Of a stretch of DNA of 64,000 bases, positions 19,128 to 29,198 are shown in pieces. Below the pieces are notes generated by a model, which saw only the letters and a program-made list of their open reading frames with translations, did not search any database and was not told where the DNA came from. Made by a program: the position numbers and the translations under genes. Position 1 is the first letter of the stretch. The number at the start of each line of letters is the position of its first letter. The stretch is taken from assembly GCA_963674595.2 (NCBI GenBank), contig CAXXFV010000016.1:480001-544000 (forward strand), given 5' to 3'. The DNA is from a bacterium (GTDB lineage: Bacteria; Zhuqueibacterota; Zhuqueibacteria; Residuimicrobiales; Krinioviventaceae).

Positions 19128-19883
19128 TTGGCTACATTAATCCCCGTGGGCGTATCAAACCGGCACATGCATCTTTCCCGTGAAGTTATGGACGCTTTGT
19201 TCGGTCCGGGAAGTGAACTGCAAGTATACCGGAATCTGCGTCAAAAGGGAGAATTCGCTTCTGCACAATCTGTTGAAATGATCGGTCCAAAGGGTTCTTT
19301 TGCTAAAGTTCGAATTCTTGGTCCGCTTCGTCCCAAACTTCAAATTGAAGTTTCTAAAACCGATGCTATTCATTTGGGAATAAATCCCCCTATTGGTAAA
19401 TTTGACAAGCTTCCTAACGGAGAATCAATTACTTTAAAAGGTCCTCACGGATCTGTTAAAGTTGGTGAAAATATTATGATTTCACGGCGTCATATTCACA
19501 TCAGCCCGGATGACGCTAAAGAAATTGGTGTTAAAGACCAGGACACAGTTTTTGTTTCACCTGTTGCTGTTTCCGGTGATCCGGCTGAATCCCGGATGTG
19601 TATTTTCAGTAATGTTCTTGTTCGTGTTAATGAAACTTTTGTTATAGAGATGCATATTGATACGGACGAAGCTAATGCTTCCGGCTTAAAGTCCGGTGAT
19701 CAGGTTTTTGTTGTACAAAGCAGCCTGGGTGTATATACGGAAATGCCCAGCAAAAAGCTTGTAACCGAACAGGATGTTCGTAAAGCCATTATGCAGAAAC
19801 AAAAAATCAGACTGCAAAAAGGAACACTCGTAACACCCGCAGCCCGAGATTTGGCAAAAGAGCAAGATGTATTTTTAACTTAA
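19128..19883 (+). CDS. pduL: Phosphate propanoyltransferase PduL with C-terminal extension
   Basis: GVSNRHMHLS, VRILGPLR, QIEVSKTD, RRHIH, EMHIDTDEANA. Start moved to TTG 19128 behind GGAAGGAG. Confidence 0.92.
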   Translation: MATLIPVGVSNRHMHLSREVMDALFGPGSELQVYRNLRQKGEFASAQSVEMIGPKGSFAKVRILGPLRPKLQIEVSKTDAIHLGINPPIGKFDKLPNGESITLKGPHGSVKVGENIMISRRHIHISPDDAKEIGVKDQDTVFVSPVAVSGDPAESRMCIFSNVLVRVNETFVIEMHIDTDEANASGLKSGDQVFVVQSSLGVYTEMPSKKLVTEQDVRKAIMQKQKIRLQKGTLVTPAARDLAKEQDVFLT

Positions 19884-19920
19884 CTTAATTTGAAAATCCA
19901 TTGTTTTTTGGATAAACAAG

Positions 19921-20421
19921 ATGGATGTTCTTTATTACTCTATTTATACATGGGAATTGGCTGATATTTATGTTGCTGCAACAGTAAATGGTATCAGCCA
20001 TGTTTGTTTTGGAAAATCAGATTTTTTAGGTTTTCCTCAATATCAAAAGAATGTGAATTTTGAAAGGGATGACGGGTTTTTTAAAGCACTTTTTTCAATG
20101 TTTGATCGTTATTTTCAAGGTGAAAAAGAACTGTTTGAAAATATTTCTCTGGATTTAAAAAGTGGTACGGAATTTCAAAAAAGTGTTTGGAATCAGGTTC
20201 AAAAAATACCCTATGGTCAAACAGTGAGTTATGGGCAGATTGCTGAAAAAATTGGAAATAATAAAGCTGTTCGGGCAGTCGGCGCTGCAAACGGAGCGAA
20301 CCCGGTTCCTATTTTGATCCCATGTCACCGTGTTGTTCAGTCTGATGGAAAACTTGGAGGCTACGGTGGAGGTGTGGAAATTAAAGATGCTTTGCTTCGT
20401 CTTGAAGGAGTCCTTGTTTGA
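19921..20421 (+). CDS. ogt: Methylated-DNA--protein-cysteine S-methyltransferase
   Basis: GTEFQKSVW, IPYGQTVSY, RAVGAANGANP, active-site PCHRV. Confidence 0.95.
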   Translation: MDVLYYSIYTWELADIYVAATVNGISHVCFGKSDFLGFPQYQKNVNFERDDGFFKALFSMFDRYFQGEKELFENISLDLKSGTEFQKSVWNQVQKIPYGQTVSYGQIAEKIGNNKAVRAVGAANGANPVPILIPCHRVVQSDGKLGGYGGGVEIKDALLRLEGVLV

Positions 20422-21194
20422 ATGAGGTATTTGCAGCAAATTTTAGGATTTTAGCAGACGGGCCATTTGAACATAAAAATATCCATGTAACCTGGAACAG
20501 CGAACCATTAAAACTTTTTCCGGCTGTAAAAAAACAAGTGGACACTTTTTGGGAATTATTATCAAAAAGTTATCTCTATAATGGCCGGCTGGTTCGTTTG
20601 GATGCCTGGAGTAGTGATAATAGTTCATTAAATTTACAGCTTAGTTTGTCGGAATATAAATTGTTAATGTATTCCAACAAGAATGCTGATTATATTTTTA
20701 CGAAATGGGGTCATTCCCAGCTTTCACGAGCACTCGGTCTGAATGCCATTGTTTGCACAAATGACGATCGTTTCGTACTGATTCAGCGTAGTAAAAATGT
20801 CGGCGAGTATCCGGGAAAAATAGATATTGTCGGCGGTCATATTGATTATGAAAAAGTAGAGTCGCCTGTAGAAATTTTTTCTGCTGTTTATAAGGAACTA
20901 AATGAAGAAATAGGACTGGAAAGTACGTTTTGTTCTGCAACGTGTCTTGCCCTTTTTGAAACAACGGCAAACATGAAACCAGAATTGGTTTTTTATATTA
21001 AAACAAACCTGGACTTTTCAGACATAAAAAGAGCAGCGGAAACTGCTGTAGATTCTTTTGAATATGAAAATTTATTTTCAATTTCTGCGCAAAGTGAGGA
21101 GATTTACCGGTATATAGCACAATATCATAATGAAATAACGCCCTCTGCATTAGGATCAATTTATTTTTATTTAAAATTGGCAGAGGTTTCTTAA
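20418..21194 (+). CDS. NUDIX hydrolase
   Basis: Nudix box GGHID...AVYKELNEEIGL. Overlaps the ogt stop codon. Confidence 0.8.
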   Translation: MNEVFAANFRILADGPFEHKNIHVTWNSEPLKLFPAVKKQVDTFWELLSKSYLYNGRLVRLDAWSSDNSSLNLQLSLSEYKLLMYSNKNADYIFTKWGHSQLSRALGLNAIVCTNDDRFVLIQRSKNVGEYPGKIDIVGGHIDYEKVESPVEIFSAVYKELNEEIGLESTFCSATCLALFETTANMKPELVFYIKTNLDFSDIKRAAETAVDSFEYENLFSISAQSEEIYRYIAQYHNEITPSALGSIYFYLKLAEVS

Positions 21195-21228
21195 CGTATA
21201 AAGGCGTGATGATAAGAAAGGGCTTAAA

Positions 21229-21693
21229 GTGGAATACTCGGAAACTTTAAAAAGTAATATGGATGATAATTGGACACTTGAAGTTCCAGGTGAAGGTGGT
21301 GAACAACTTGAATTCCCTGATATTAACCATGTTGTAGTCAGTGGCCGGTTGGTTCAAGATCCACCTATTAGAAAAACACGTAGAGGAATTATTGTAACAA
21401 ATTTTCTCATTACCACTTGCCCTGATCACAAAAGTTTGGATATTGATGAATGTGAACGAAATAAATGTTGTGTGAGTATCGTTGTTTGGGGACGTCAGGC
21501 TGCTCAATGTAACAAATATCTAAAAAAGGGGAGCCGGGTTTTAATTATGGGCGAGTTGCAGTCCATGCCTAATTTTAAACCACAGGAAGGGTTCTTCCCG
21601 GTACAGGTCAGTGCTCAATGGATACAGTATTTGGATAATATATCATCTGAAGTTAATTTTAATGATGAACAAGACGATTTGTTGGAAAGTTAA
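21229..21693 (+). CDS. ssb: Divergent single-stranded DNA-binding protein (OB fold)
   Basis: INHVVVSGRLVQDP, IVVWGRQA..C..YLKKGSRVLI.GELQS. Short acidic tail lacking the terminal PF. Confidence 0.75.
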   Translation: MEYSETLKSNMDDNWTLEVPGEGGEQLEFPDINHVVVSGRLVQDPPIRKTRRGIIVTNFLITTCPDHKSLDIDECERNKCCVSIVVWGRQAAQCNKYLKKGSRVLIMGELQSMPNFKPQEGFFPVQVSAQWIQYLDNISSEVNFNDEQDDLLES

Positions 21694-24347
21694 TAACCAA
21701 GGGCGCTTGGCATCCCACCATGTTTTTCAACTTTAATATCTTTTAAACGATCTGCCTTGACATTAATAATGAAATAAATTCTTTTCCCATAACCGTTCGG
21801 CACCCATTCTATTCTTGCTTCCCAACAGTGTAGGTCTCGTTGAATGTCTATTGAATGATATGAAATTTCTTTTGTATTCAGGTCATACTGTGCACGGTAG
21901 CCGATACGCCAGTTTTTTGTAATGTTAATTTCTGCTCCGCTAACGTCCAGATAATATCTTTTTGTCGGATAATTGGGATTGGTTTTATATGTTGAAAAAT
22001 TGAAACCCAGGTTCATTTGCCAGGGGATATTCAGGGATTTGAATTTTCTATCGCTTTCAAATCGGTCTCCTGCGTTTTCCATATCTTCTTCCAGGACGGA
22101 TTGTTCGTATTCATTGTCTTCTTCCGAATATGGCATCATGTCTCCTGAAGGACGTGTTTGCTGGTTTGATTTTCCTTTGCTGCTTTTGCCTTTTAAGCGA
22201 ATCGAAAAACTCATTCGTGTTGAAGTTGTTTGCAGAAATTTTCCTTTTTTCCACCCGGATGAAAAAATGTAATCATTACTGCGTTTATTGTTTTCATCAT
22301 CCCATTTATAAAAACTATGTGTTGTATAGGCGCTCAAACTGAAATTTTTAGCAGGATTTGCTTGCCATGTTGTTCTAAAATCGGAAAGCCGGTTTTTTTC
22401 AGCGTTAAAATTATACCCGGTACCAAAGTCCATGGTGAATAGATCGAATTTTTTCTCGTTTTCACCAGTGCCTTTTTTCATTTGAAACAAGTTGCGGACG
22501 CTTAAACTGACTAGCTTTTGGCCGTAACTCGATGTAGTCCCTCCAAATTTATCTTTGGCAATTTTTTCTCCGGTTGTATCGGCAATTTCAGTATAATATC
22601 CCCATTTCAGATCAGAAAAATCCGGTCTGTAGGTAAATGAAACCGAAGGTGTTACAACATGACGAATTGCCTGAATGTCGCCGATACCCGGCCTGAACAT
22701 TCCGTATATTTTTGTATTAGCAGAGGCATTGTAACTAAAGGTGTGTCTTGCAGCATAATCTTTTACGGTTTGGTCTTTAATGGTATTTGTTGAATCAACC
22801 AGGTAATATTCTGTCATTTCATCAAACCACTCTTCTGTACCGTTAAGCGTTTGGTTGAGAGATAACCATCCGAAATATTTTTTAGGGCTTGTGAGAGATA
22901 ATGTCACATTATGTTTTATATTTCGTGTTGTTTCTGTCTCCTTTTCATCTTCCAAACCGGTTAGATATTCACTTTTTGAATTGAGCAGTGTTGAGTTGTA
23001 GGAATAATATAATGAATGGTACCATTTTGTGTTTCTGCCGGAACTCGATGAGCTTTTTGATCCCGATTTAAAAACTTGTGTTTGTCCTTTTCTAAAAGAA
23101 AGTTGAGGGAACGTTTGAGAAACCACATCGTCTTCAAGATCGTGGGTTCGTGAAGCATTGATGCTTAAACTGGTTTTTGATTTTGTCCAGGTTTTCGTAT
23201 AAGTTGCGTTAGACCGAACTTGTCTTTGTAACCTGGTACTCAGGTTTGTGCTGAGGTCATCATAAAAGTTTTTATCACTGACAAATGTTCCGTTAGCCAC
23301 AAGACGTGATGTGGGGCTGATTTGCTGTGAATGGCGGAACTGAAGGTCCCATCGTCTTGATTTATAGCCCCCGGTAAAATTTTTTCGTGTAAAAGAACCG
23401 GATATTGTTCCACTCAAGAGATACCGAACGGCATAATTGGTGGTATTTTTAAAAAGCCATCCGCTTTTTTCAAAAAAGTCCACCAACATAACGGTGTCAA
23501 AATAATCATTTGGTGCCCAGTAATAACCGAGGTCTCTTAAAAATCGTCCTTCCTGGGCGCTTTGCCCATAACGCGGTATTTTGATGCCGGATTGCCTTCC
23601 GGAGTGATGTGGAAAAACAGCAAAAGGCAGTGCTATAACCGGAATATGACCAAAATACATGACAATGGGTTTGGCAATGACTTTGTCGTTTGTTATCATT
23701 TTTAAACGACGTGCTGCAAAATGAAAGTGCGGGCAAGAGTCCCGGTCGCAGGTTGTAAAAACAGAATTGGATACATTAAACACATCTTTGGATACACGTT
23801 TTATCTGGGTTCCCAGATATTTTCCGCCTTCGAAATCGGTACGTCCGCGAATGACCCGACCTTTTTCTGTTTTGTAATTATACATCATTTTATCGCCGGC
23901 CATTTGCGAACCGCCGTCGATTAAAATAGGTTTTTCTTTTATTTCGATTGATATTGTAGAATCCTGAGAGGTCGAATCCGTTTTAACCCAGGTCGTATCT
24001 GCCAAAGGTTCTGCTGTAAGCAGGCTTTTATCCCAATCGATGGTAATTTTTCCGGCTTTTAAAGTCATCTGTTTATACTTAACAACGGCGTTGCCGATAA
24101 ATTGTGTTTGCCGGTTTTCTAAAAAATTAATAATCGTTTTGGCGTCGTAACTTATTGTTGTATCAATATCTGATTTTTTTTCTTTAACAACCGGTTCATC
24201 AGATTTTGTTGTGTCCGGTTTAATGGATTGGGTCGTATCCGCTTTGATGGAGATTGTTGTGTCCGGTTCTGCTGTCTGTGAGAGGACCGGCTTACAAAAA
24301 CCAAAAATTATAAGCATTATATATATATAGGATATTCTTAATTTCAA
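21690..24347 (-). CDS. lptD: Putative LPS-assembly protein LptD (FCB-type)
   Basis: OstA-like N-domain (GNAVVKY), FTTCD...PHFHF, RQSG..IP.YG, C-terminal RDLHCWE. Confidence 0.88.
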   Translation of the reverse strand: MKLRISYIYIMLIIFGFCKPVLSQTAEPDTTISIKADTTQSIKPDTTKSDEPVVKEKKSDIDTTISYDAKTIINFLENRQTQFIGNAVVKYKQMTLKAGKITIDWDKSLLTAEPLADTTWVKTDSTSQDSTISIEIKEKPILIDGGSQMAGDKMMYNYKTEKGRVIRGRTDFEGGKYLGTQIKRVSKDVFNVSNSVFTTCDRDSCPHFHFAARRLKMITNDKVIAKPIVMYFGHIPVIALPFAVFPHHSGRQSGIKIPRYGQSAQEGRFLRDLGYYWAPNDYFDTVMLVDFFEKSGWLFKNTTNYAVRYLLSGTISGSFTRKNFTGGYKSRRWDLQFRHSQQISPTSRLVANGTFVSDKNFYDDLSTNLSTRLQRQVRSNATYTKTWTKSKTSLSINASRTHDLEDDVVSQTFPQLSFRKGQTQVFKSGSKSSSSSGRNTKWYHSLYYSYNSTLLNSKSEYLTGLEDEKETETTRNIKHNVTLSLTSPKKYFGWLSLNQTLNGTEEWFDEMTEYYLVDSTNTIKDQTVKDYAARHTFSYNASANTKIYGMFRPGIGDIQAIRHVVTPSVSFTYRPDFSDLKWGYYTEIADTTGEKIAKDKFGGTTSSYGQKLVSLSVRNLFQMKKGTGENEKKFDLFTMDFGTGYNFNAEKNRLSDFRTTWQANPAKNFSLSAYTTHSFYKWDDENNKRSNDYIFSSGWKKGKFLQTTSTRMSFSIRLKGKSSKGKSNQQTRPSGDMMPYSEEDNEYEQSVLEEDMENAGDRFESDRKFKSLNIPWQMNLGFNFSTYKTNPNYPTKRYYLDVSGAEINITKNWRIGYRAQYDLNTKEISYHSIDIQRDLHCWEARIEWVPNGYGKRIYFIINVKADRLKDIKVEKHGGMPSALGY

Positions 24348-24368
24348 ATTGAATGATTTCTCGTATTT

Positions 24369-25691
24369 TTATCGTTTTCGTTTAGGCCATAATTGCAGCA
24401 GCCGTTCTTTAATTCGTTTTTCTATTCCGTTTTCTGTCGGTTTATAATAAATTTTTGTATTTTTCGGATCTGAAAAATAATTTTGTTCTACAAAACCATT
24501 TGTATCATGCGGATATTTATATCCGGAAGCATAACCCATTTTTTTCATTAAAGATGTCGGAGCATTTCGTAAATGCAGAGGAACATCTTTGGGTGTTTCC
24601 TCACGGACATCCGCAATAGCCTGGTTAATAGCCAGATATGAGGCATTGCTTTTTGGCGCTGATGCCAGATAGGTCGTTGCCTGTGCAAGCGTAATTCTGC
24701 CCTCGGGAAGCCCGATTTGCTGAATCGCCGCAAAAGCAGATGTAGCCACCATCAACGCATGCGGATCGGCATTGCCGATATCTTCAGACGCCAGGATGAC
24801 AAGTCGTCTGGCTATAAATTTTGGGTCTTCACCGGACTCTAACATTCGGGCAAGCCAGTAAATCGCAGCATCAGGGTCTGAGCCGCGAACACTTTTAATA
24901 AATGCCGAGATAACATCATAATGATATTCACCCTTTTTATCATATATCTGGGTGCGCCTTTGCATGGCTTCTTCAATGATTTTACGTGTTATATAACGTT
25001 TCTGGTCTTTATCGGGTTCCGTTAATTGTACGGCCAGTTCAAGAGCTGTTAAAACATTTCGTGCGTCACCACCGGCCAGTTGAATGAGGATCTTTTGTGC
25101 TTCTTTATCCAGTTTAATGTTTGCCTGTTTTAATTGCTGGTCCTGTTCCAGCGTTCTTTTCAAAATTTCATCCAGATCTTTTTCCGACAGAGATTCGAGT
25201 TTATAAACCCGGCAGCGGGACAACAAAGCAGAGATAACTTCAAAACTCGGATTTTCTGTGGTGGCGCCAATTAATAAAATTGTGCCGTCTTCAACACTGT
25301 GTAATAATGCGTCCTGTTGTGATTTATTAAAGCGGTGGATTTCATCTATAAATAAAATGGTTCGTTTATTCAGTTTTTTGTTTTCCTGTCCGCGTTGGAT
25401 CATTTTCCGAATATCCGCAACGCCGGACGTTACAGCGCTGATGCTGACAAAATCAGACCGTGTTTCCTGTGCAATAATTCTTGCCAAACTTGTTTTGCCA
25501 ACACCGGGCGGGCCCCATAAAATCATTGAAACTAGCTGGTCTGTTTCAATCGCCTTACGAAGAATTTTGTCTTTTCCCAAAAGGTGTTGCTGGCCTGCAA
25601 TTTCGCCTAGATTTGTCGGACGGATACGTTCAGCCAGTGGCTTATAAGTTTCTGTTTCGATCTTTTTATTCTTTTGTTCAAATAAATCCAT
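24369..25691 (-). CDS. rarA: Replication-associated recombination protein A (MgsA/RarA AAA+ ATPase)
   Basis: PLAERIRP, Walker A GPPGVGKT, FIDEIHRFNKSQQD, GATTENP, SAFIKSVRGSDPDAA, VPLHLRNAPT. Confidence 0.97.
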   Translation of the reverse strand: MDLFEQKNKKIETETYKPLAERIRPTNLGEIAGQQHLLGKDKILRKAIETDQLVSMILWGPPGVGKTSLARIIAQETRSDFVSISAVTSGVADIRKMIQRGQENKKLNKRTILFIDEIHRFNKSQQDALLHSVEDGTILLIGATTENPSFEVISALLSRCRVYKLESLSEKDLDEILKRTLEQDQQLKQANIKLDKEAQKILIQLAGGDARNVLTALELAVQLTEPDKDQKRYITRKIIEEAMQRRTQIYDKKGEYHYDVISAFIKSVRGSDPDAAIYWLARMLESGEDPKFIARRLVILASEDIGNADPHALMVATSAFAAIQQIGLPEGRITLAQATTYLASAPKSNASYLAINQAIADVREETPKDVPLHLRNAPTSLMKKMGYASGYKYPHDTNGFVEQNYFSDPKNTKIYYKPTENGIEKRIKERLLQLWPKRKR

Positions 25692-25953
25692 TTGAATACC
25701 GGTAATTTTAAAAACTAGGAATTGGAAATTTAACGAAAAAACTCAGGAATAGCAAGTTACAAAAAATCATAAACTTTTTAATAATAGCAAGATTTGCCAA
25801 ATAAAAAGCAAATAAAGACAAAATATATATGATAAAAATGTTAGCTTTATTCTTATTTTCTGTAATCATTTATACGATTCCTGTTTTTAAAAAAATGTTA
25901 AATTTTTTAAAAAACAATGAAACAAAATAAGGAAAAATTCGTTATATTTGTTT

Positions 25954-25965
25954 TACCGAACGGTA
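25954..25965. promoter_or_regulatory. Putative TetR operator palindrome
   Basis: TACCG-AA-CGGTA palindrome ending 33 bp upstream of the probable TetR ATG. Confidence 0.5.
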
Positions 25966-25998
25966 GGTATAAGATTGACGAATATTAATGGAATATGT

Positions 25999-26583
25999 AT
26001 GACCCAAACAATTACAGATACAAAGAAAACAATATTTAAAGTGGCTGCTCATTTGTTCGCACAAAAGGGATTCAAGGGCGTTTCCATGCGTGAGATTGCC
26101 GAGCAGGCCCAGGTTTCTAAACCAACAGTATATTATTATTTTGGAAGTAAAGAAGGGATTTATCGGGAACTCATTACAACCGGTTTTAATCATGTTTATA
26201 AAACAATGGATGAGATTTATGAGCTTGATATACCGGTGAAACTAAAACTTGTTCGTATTACGCAGCAGGCTTTTAATACATGTTTAAAAATGCCTGATTA
26301 TGTCAAAGTATTGATGGAGTTTGTTGAAAGAAATGATAAAAATTTACTAAACGGTGTGCTGGAGGAAGCTTTAGAAAAGTTTAAAGTTTTAACACAGTTA
26401 ATAAAAGACGGAATGGCAACACAAGAGTTTGGGGTGTCTGCGAATCCTGAACTGGCGGCAGCTATTATTAACGGGACTTTGAGACATTTCATCTCTATGC
26501 AGTTAAAAACTACTGAGAAAATTTTAACCGAACAGCTTGCTTTTGATATTATAGAAGTTCTGTTTAAGGGACTCAACGAATAA
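25999..26583 (+). CDS. TetR/AcrR-family transcriptional regulator
   Basis: LFAQKGFKGVSMREIAEQAQVSKPTVYYYFGSKE HTH. Start moved to ATG 25999. Confidence 0.92.
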   Translation: MTQTITDTKKTIFKVAAHLFAQKGFKGVSMREIAEQAQVSKPTVYYYFGSKEGIYRELITTGFNHVYKTMDEIYELDIPVKLKLVRITQQAFNTCLKMPDYVKVLMEFVERNDKNLLNGVLEEALEKFKVLTQLIKDGMATQEFGVSANPELAAAIINGTLRHFISMQLKTTEKILTEQLAFDIIEVLFKGLNE

Positions 26584-26642
26584 ATAGTATGTCATATCTG
26601 AATTGATTTTTAGAATATAGGAATTTGGAGGAGAATGATGTT

Positions 26643-28046
26643 ATGAAACGATTATTTTTAACTATTGCCACAATTATGTTCTTTTCAACTATAAATCCGG
26701 GGTTTGCACAGGATGAGTTAGAGCTTACTCTGGAAGGTTGTGTTGATTTGGCATTCAAAAAGAACCCGGAATTACAGATGGCTGAAAAACAGGTGGCCAA
26801 GGCGAAAGCATCTGTCTGGGAAAGCTATTCAACAATTTTGCCACAGGTCCAGGCATCGGCCAGTTTTCAGCGGGCATGGGAAATTCAGCAAACAACGATT
26901 CCCAATTTTATAAAATTAATGATGCCACCGGATTTGGGAAATTTAATTCCGGAATTACAAGGTATGCCGGACTATGTTCAAATAGCTTTTGGGCTTGAAA
27001 ATACCTACACCTATGGCGCTTCACTAACCCAGCCGTTGTTTCTCGGTGGTGCCGGTGTTGCCGGTGTAAAAATTGCCAGGTCTGCTTATCGGGCCTCTCA
27101 AAAGGAATTGGAAGCTCAACGGCAGGACCTTATTTTACAAACAACAAACGCATTTTATGCATGTCTTGTTGCTTCGGAAATTGTTACAGTACAGCAGGAA
27201 GCGCTTTCTCAGGCTGAGGAAAATTTTGCCACTGTTGAAAAAAAATATAACGTTGGTTCCGCATCGGGATTCGACAAGATGCGTGCCGAGGTAGAGGTTG
27301 CTAATTTAAAACCTCAGGTCATTACAGCGAAAAATAATTACAACTCTGCGTTGACAGGTTTGCGTACTGTTTTGGGGTTGGACCGTGATACCCTAATAAA
27401 AATACAAGGCAGTTTAACATTTGCAAATGATGACCTCAGTTCCATAAGTCTGGCTGATTTACAGAAAATGGCGCTGATAAAAAGGCCGGTTGTGCAGGCC
27501 CTTGATGAACAAAAAAATATTTCCAAAAAAAGTATTACAGTTGCAAAAAGTCAGTTTTTACCCAAACTGTTCTTTACAACAGATTATTCCTATTTGGCAA
27601 TGAAAGGTGATGATCCCTTATCAAAGCTGTCTCAGGATGATTTTAGTAAAGGATTTACTTCGGCAATTAGTTTACAAATACCGTTGTTTACGGGATTTAA
27701 AAATACAAAACAATATCAAAAGGCAAAAATCGATTATAATATTATGATGGATACTGAACGTCAGATGCAAAATAATATTGCTGCTGAAGTTGAAATTGCC
27801 TATAACAAATTTAAAGAAACACTGGAAAAATACGAGTCTGCCAACCAGTCTGTTGCTCTGGCAAAAGAAGCATTGCGGTTGGCAAACCTGATGTATGAAG
27901 AAGGTGCCAATACACAATTGGATGTTATGGGCAGCCGATTGGCATTGACCCAGGCACAATTGAATTTTATTTCCTCATTATACGAATATCAAATGGCCCG
28001 TTACCAGTTGAGACGGGTTACCGGTACGTTAAAAGGAATTTTATAA
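26643..28046 (+). CDS. TolC-family outer-membrane efflux protein
   Basis: Signal peptide, two OEP repeats (LTQPLF, LQIPLF, LMYEEG). GGAGGAG RBS. Confidence 0.92.
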   Translation: MKRLFLTIATIMFFSTINPGFAQDELELTLEGCVDLAFKKNPELQMAEKQVAKAKASVWESYSTILPQVQASASFQRAWEIQQTTIPNFIKLMMPPDLGNLIPELQGMPDYVQIAFGLENTYTYGASLTQPLFLGGAGVAGVKIARSAYRASQKELEAQRQDLILQTTNAFYACLVASEIVTVQQEALSQAEENFATVEKKYNVGSASGFDKMRAEVEVANLKPQVITAKNNYNSALTGLRTVLGLDRDTLIKIQGSLTFANDDLSSISLADLQKMALIKRPVVQALDEQKNISKKSITVAKSQFLPKLFFTTDYSYLAMKGDDPLSKLSQDDFSKGFTSAISLQIPLFTGFKNTKQYQKAKIDYNIMMDTERQMQNNIAAEVEIAYNKFKETLEKYESANQSVALAKEALRLANLMYEEGANTQLDVMGSRLALTQAQLNFISSLYEYQMARYQLRRVTGTLKGIL

Positions 28047-28073
28047 AATTTTGACACTATTTAGGAGATTAAA

Positions 28074-29198
28074 ATGAAACGATATAGAATTTTACTTTTT
28101 GCACTGTTGGCCATGTTTATGGTTTCAAGTTGTCAAAAAAATAACGCTGATGACAAAGTTGAAGAGGGTGTACCGGTTCAGGTGGAAACCGTTGCACTAG
28201 GCAATGTTATGCAGACATTAAGTTATTCCGGAGATATTAAAGCCGAGTTTGAAGTAAAGGTTTTTTCAAAAATCCCGGACCGCATTGAGAAATTTTTTGT
28301 TGATGACGGCGATGCTATTAAGAAAGGTGAACCAATTGCAAAAATTTTGGCTACAACTATTGAACAAGCCGTGAGACAAGCCGAAGCCGCCCTGGTCGCT
28401 GCAAAAGCACAGGAAGCAAACGTGCGTGTTGAATATGAACGTGCGCAACGGTTATATAAAGAAAGTGCTATGAGCAAGCAGCAATATGATGGTGTGGACA
28501 CACAATATGAGGCTGCAAAAGCACAATTGGAACAGGCTGAAGCCGCTTTGGTCAGTACAAAGAGCCAGTTTGACGATGCAACAATTACTGCACCTATTTC
28601 CGGTATTATTGGAAAACGTTATTATGAAACCGGCGATATGGCGAGTCCTTCTATGCCGGTGGTCAGTATTGTACAAATGGACCAGGTAAAAGTTACTTTT
28701 GATGCCCCCGAAGAAGACCTGGGGCGTTTAGCCGTGGGCCAGCCTTCAAAAGTAATTGTGAAAAGTTATTCGGATCGCAATTTTGAAGGCAAAATAGTTA
28801 AAATTAGTCCGATTTTAGATCCTATGACTCGTATGGCTGAAGTTGAGGTTTTAATTAAAAATCCGGCCCATTTGTTAAAACCCGGCATGTTTTCACGGGT
28901 TGAGGTTACGACAGGTGTTATAGAAAACTCGATGGTCGTTCCGAGATTTGCAACAATTGAAAACACAGCCACAAAAACCATAAATGGAAAAGATGAGGTC
29001 ATTCGAAATTATTATGTTTTTGTTGTTGATAGCAGCAAAGCATCCCAGAGAAAGCTGAATGTTAAATACGTTAACCATAAATGGATTGCTGTTGATTCTG
29101 GTATAGTCGTTGGCGAAAAGCTTGTTGTTGCCGGACAAAACAATCTGCGGGAAGGTTTGCCGGTTATCGTATCAAATGAGGAGGAAGAACAGCTATGA
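28074..29198 (+). CDS. RND efflux periplasmic adaptor (membrane fusion protein)
   Basis: Lipobox SSC, lipoyl motif DGDAIKKGEP, ITAPISG, LKPGMF. Confidence 0.93.
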   Translation: MKRYRILLFALLAMFMVSSCQKNNADDKVEEGVPVQVETVALGNVMQTLSYSGDIKAEFEVKVFSKIPDRIEKFFVDDGDAIKKGEPIAKILATTIEQAVRQAEAALVAAKAQEANVRVEYERAQRLYKESAMSKQQYDGVDTQYEAAKAQLEQAEAALVSTKSQFDDATITAPISGIIGKRYYETGDMASPSMPVVSIVQMDQVKVTFDAPEEDLGRLAVGQPSKVIVKSYSDRNFEGKIVKISPILDPMTRMAEVEVLIKNPAHLLKPGMFSRVEVTTGVIENSMVVPRFATIENTATKTINGKDEVIRNYYVFVVDSSKASQRKLNVKYVNHKWIAVDSGIVVGEKLVVAGQNNLREGLPVIVSNEEEEQL

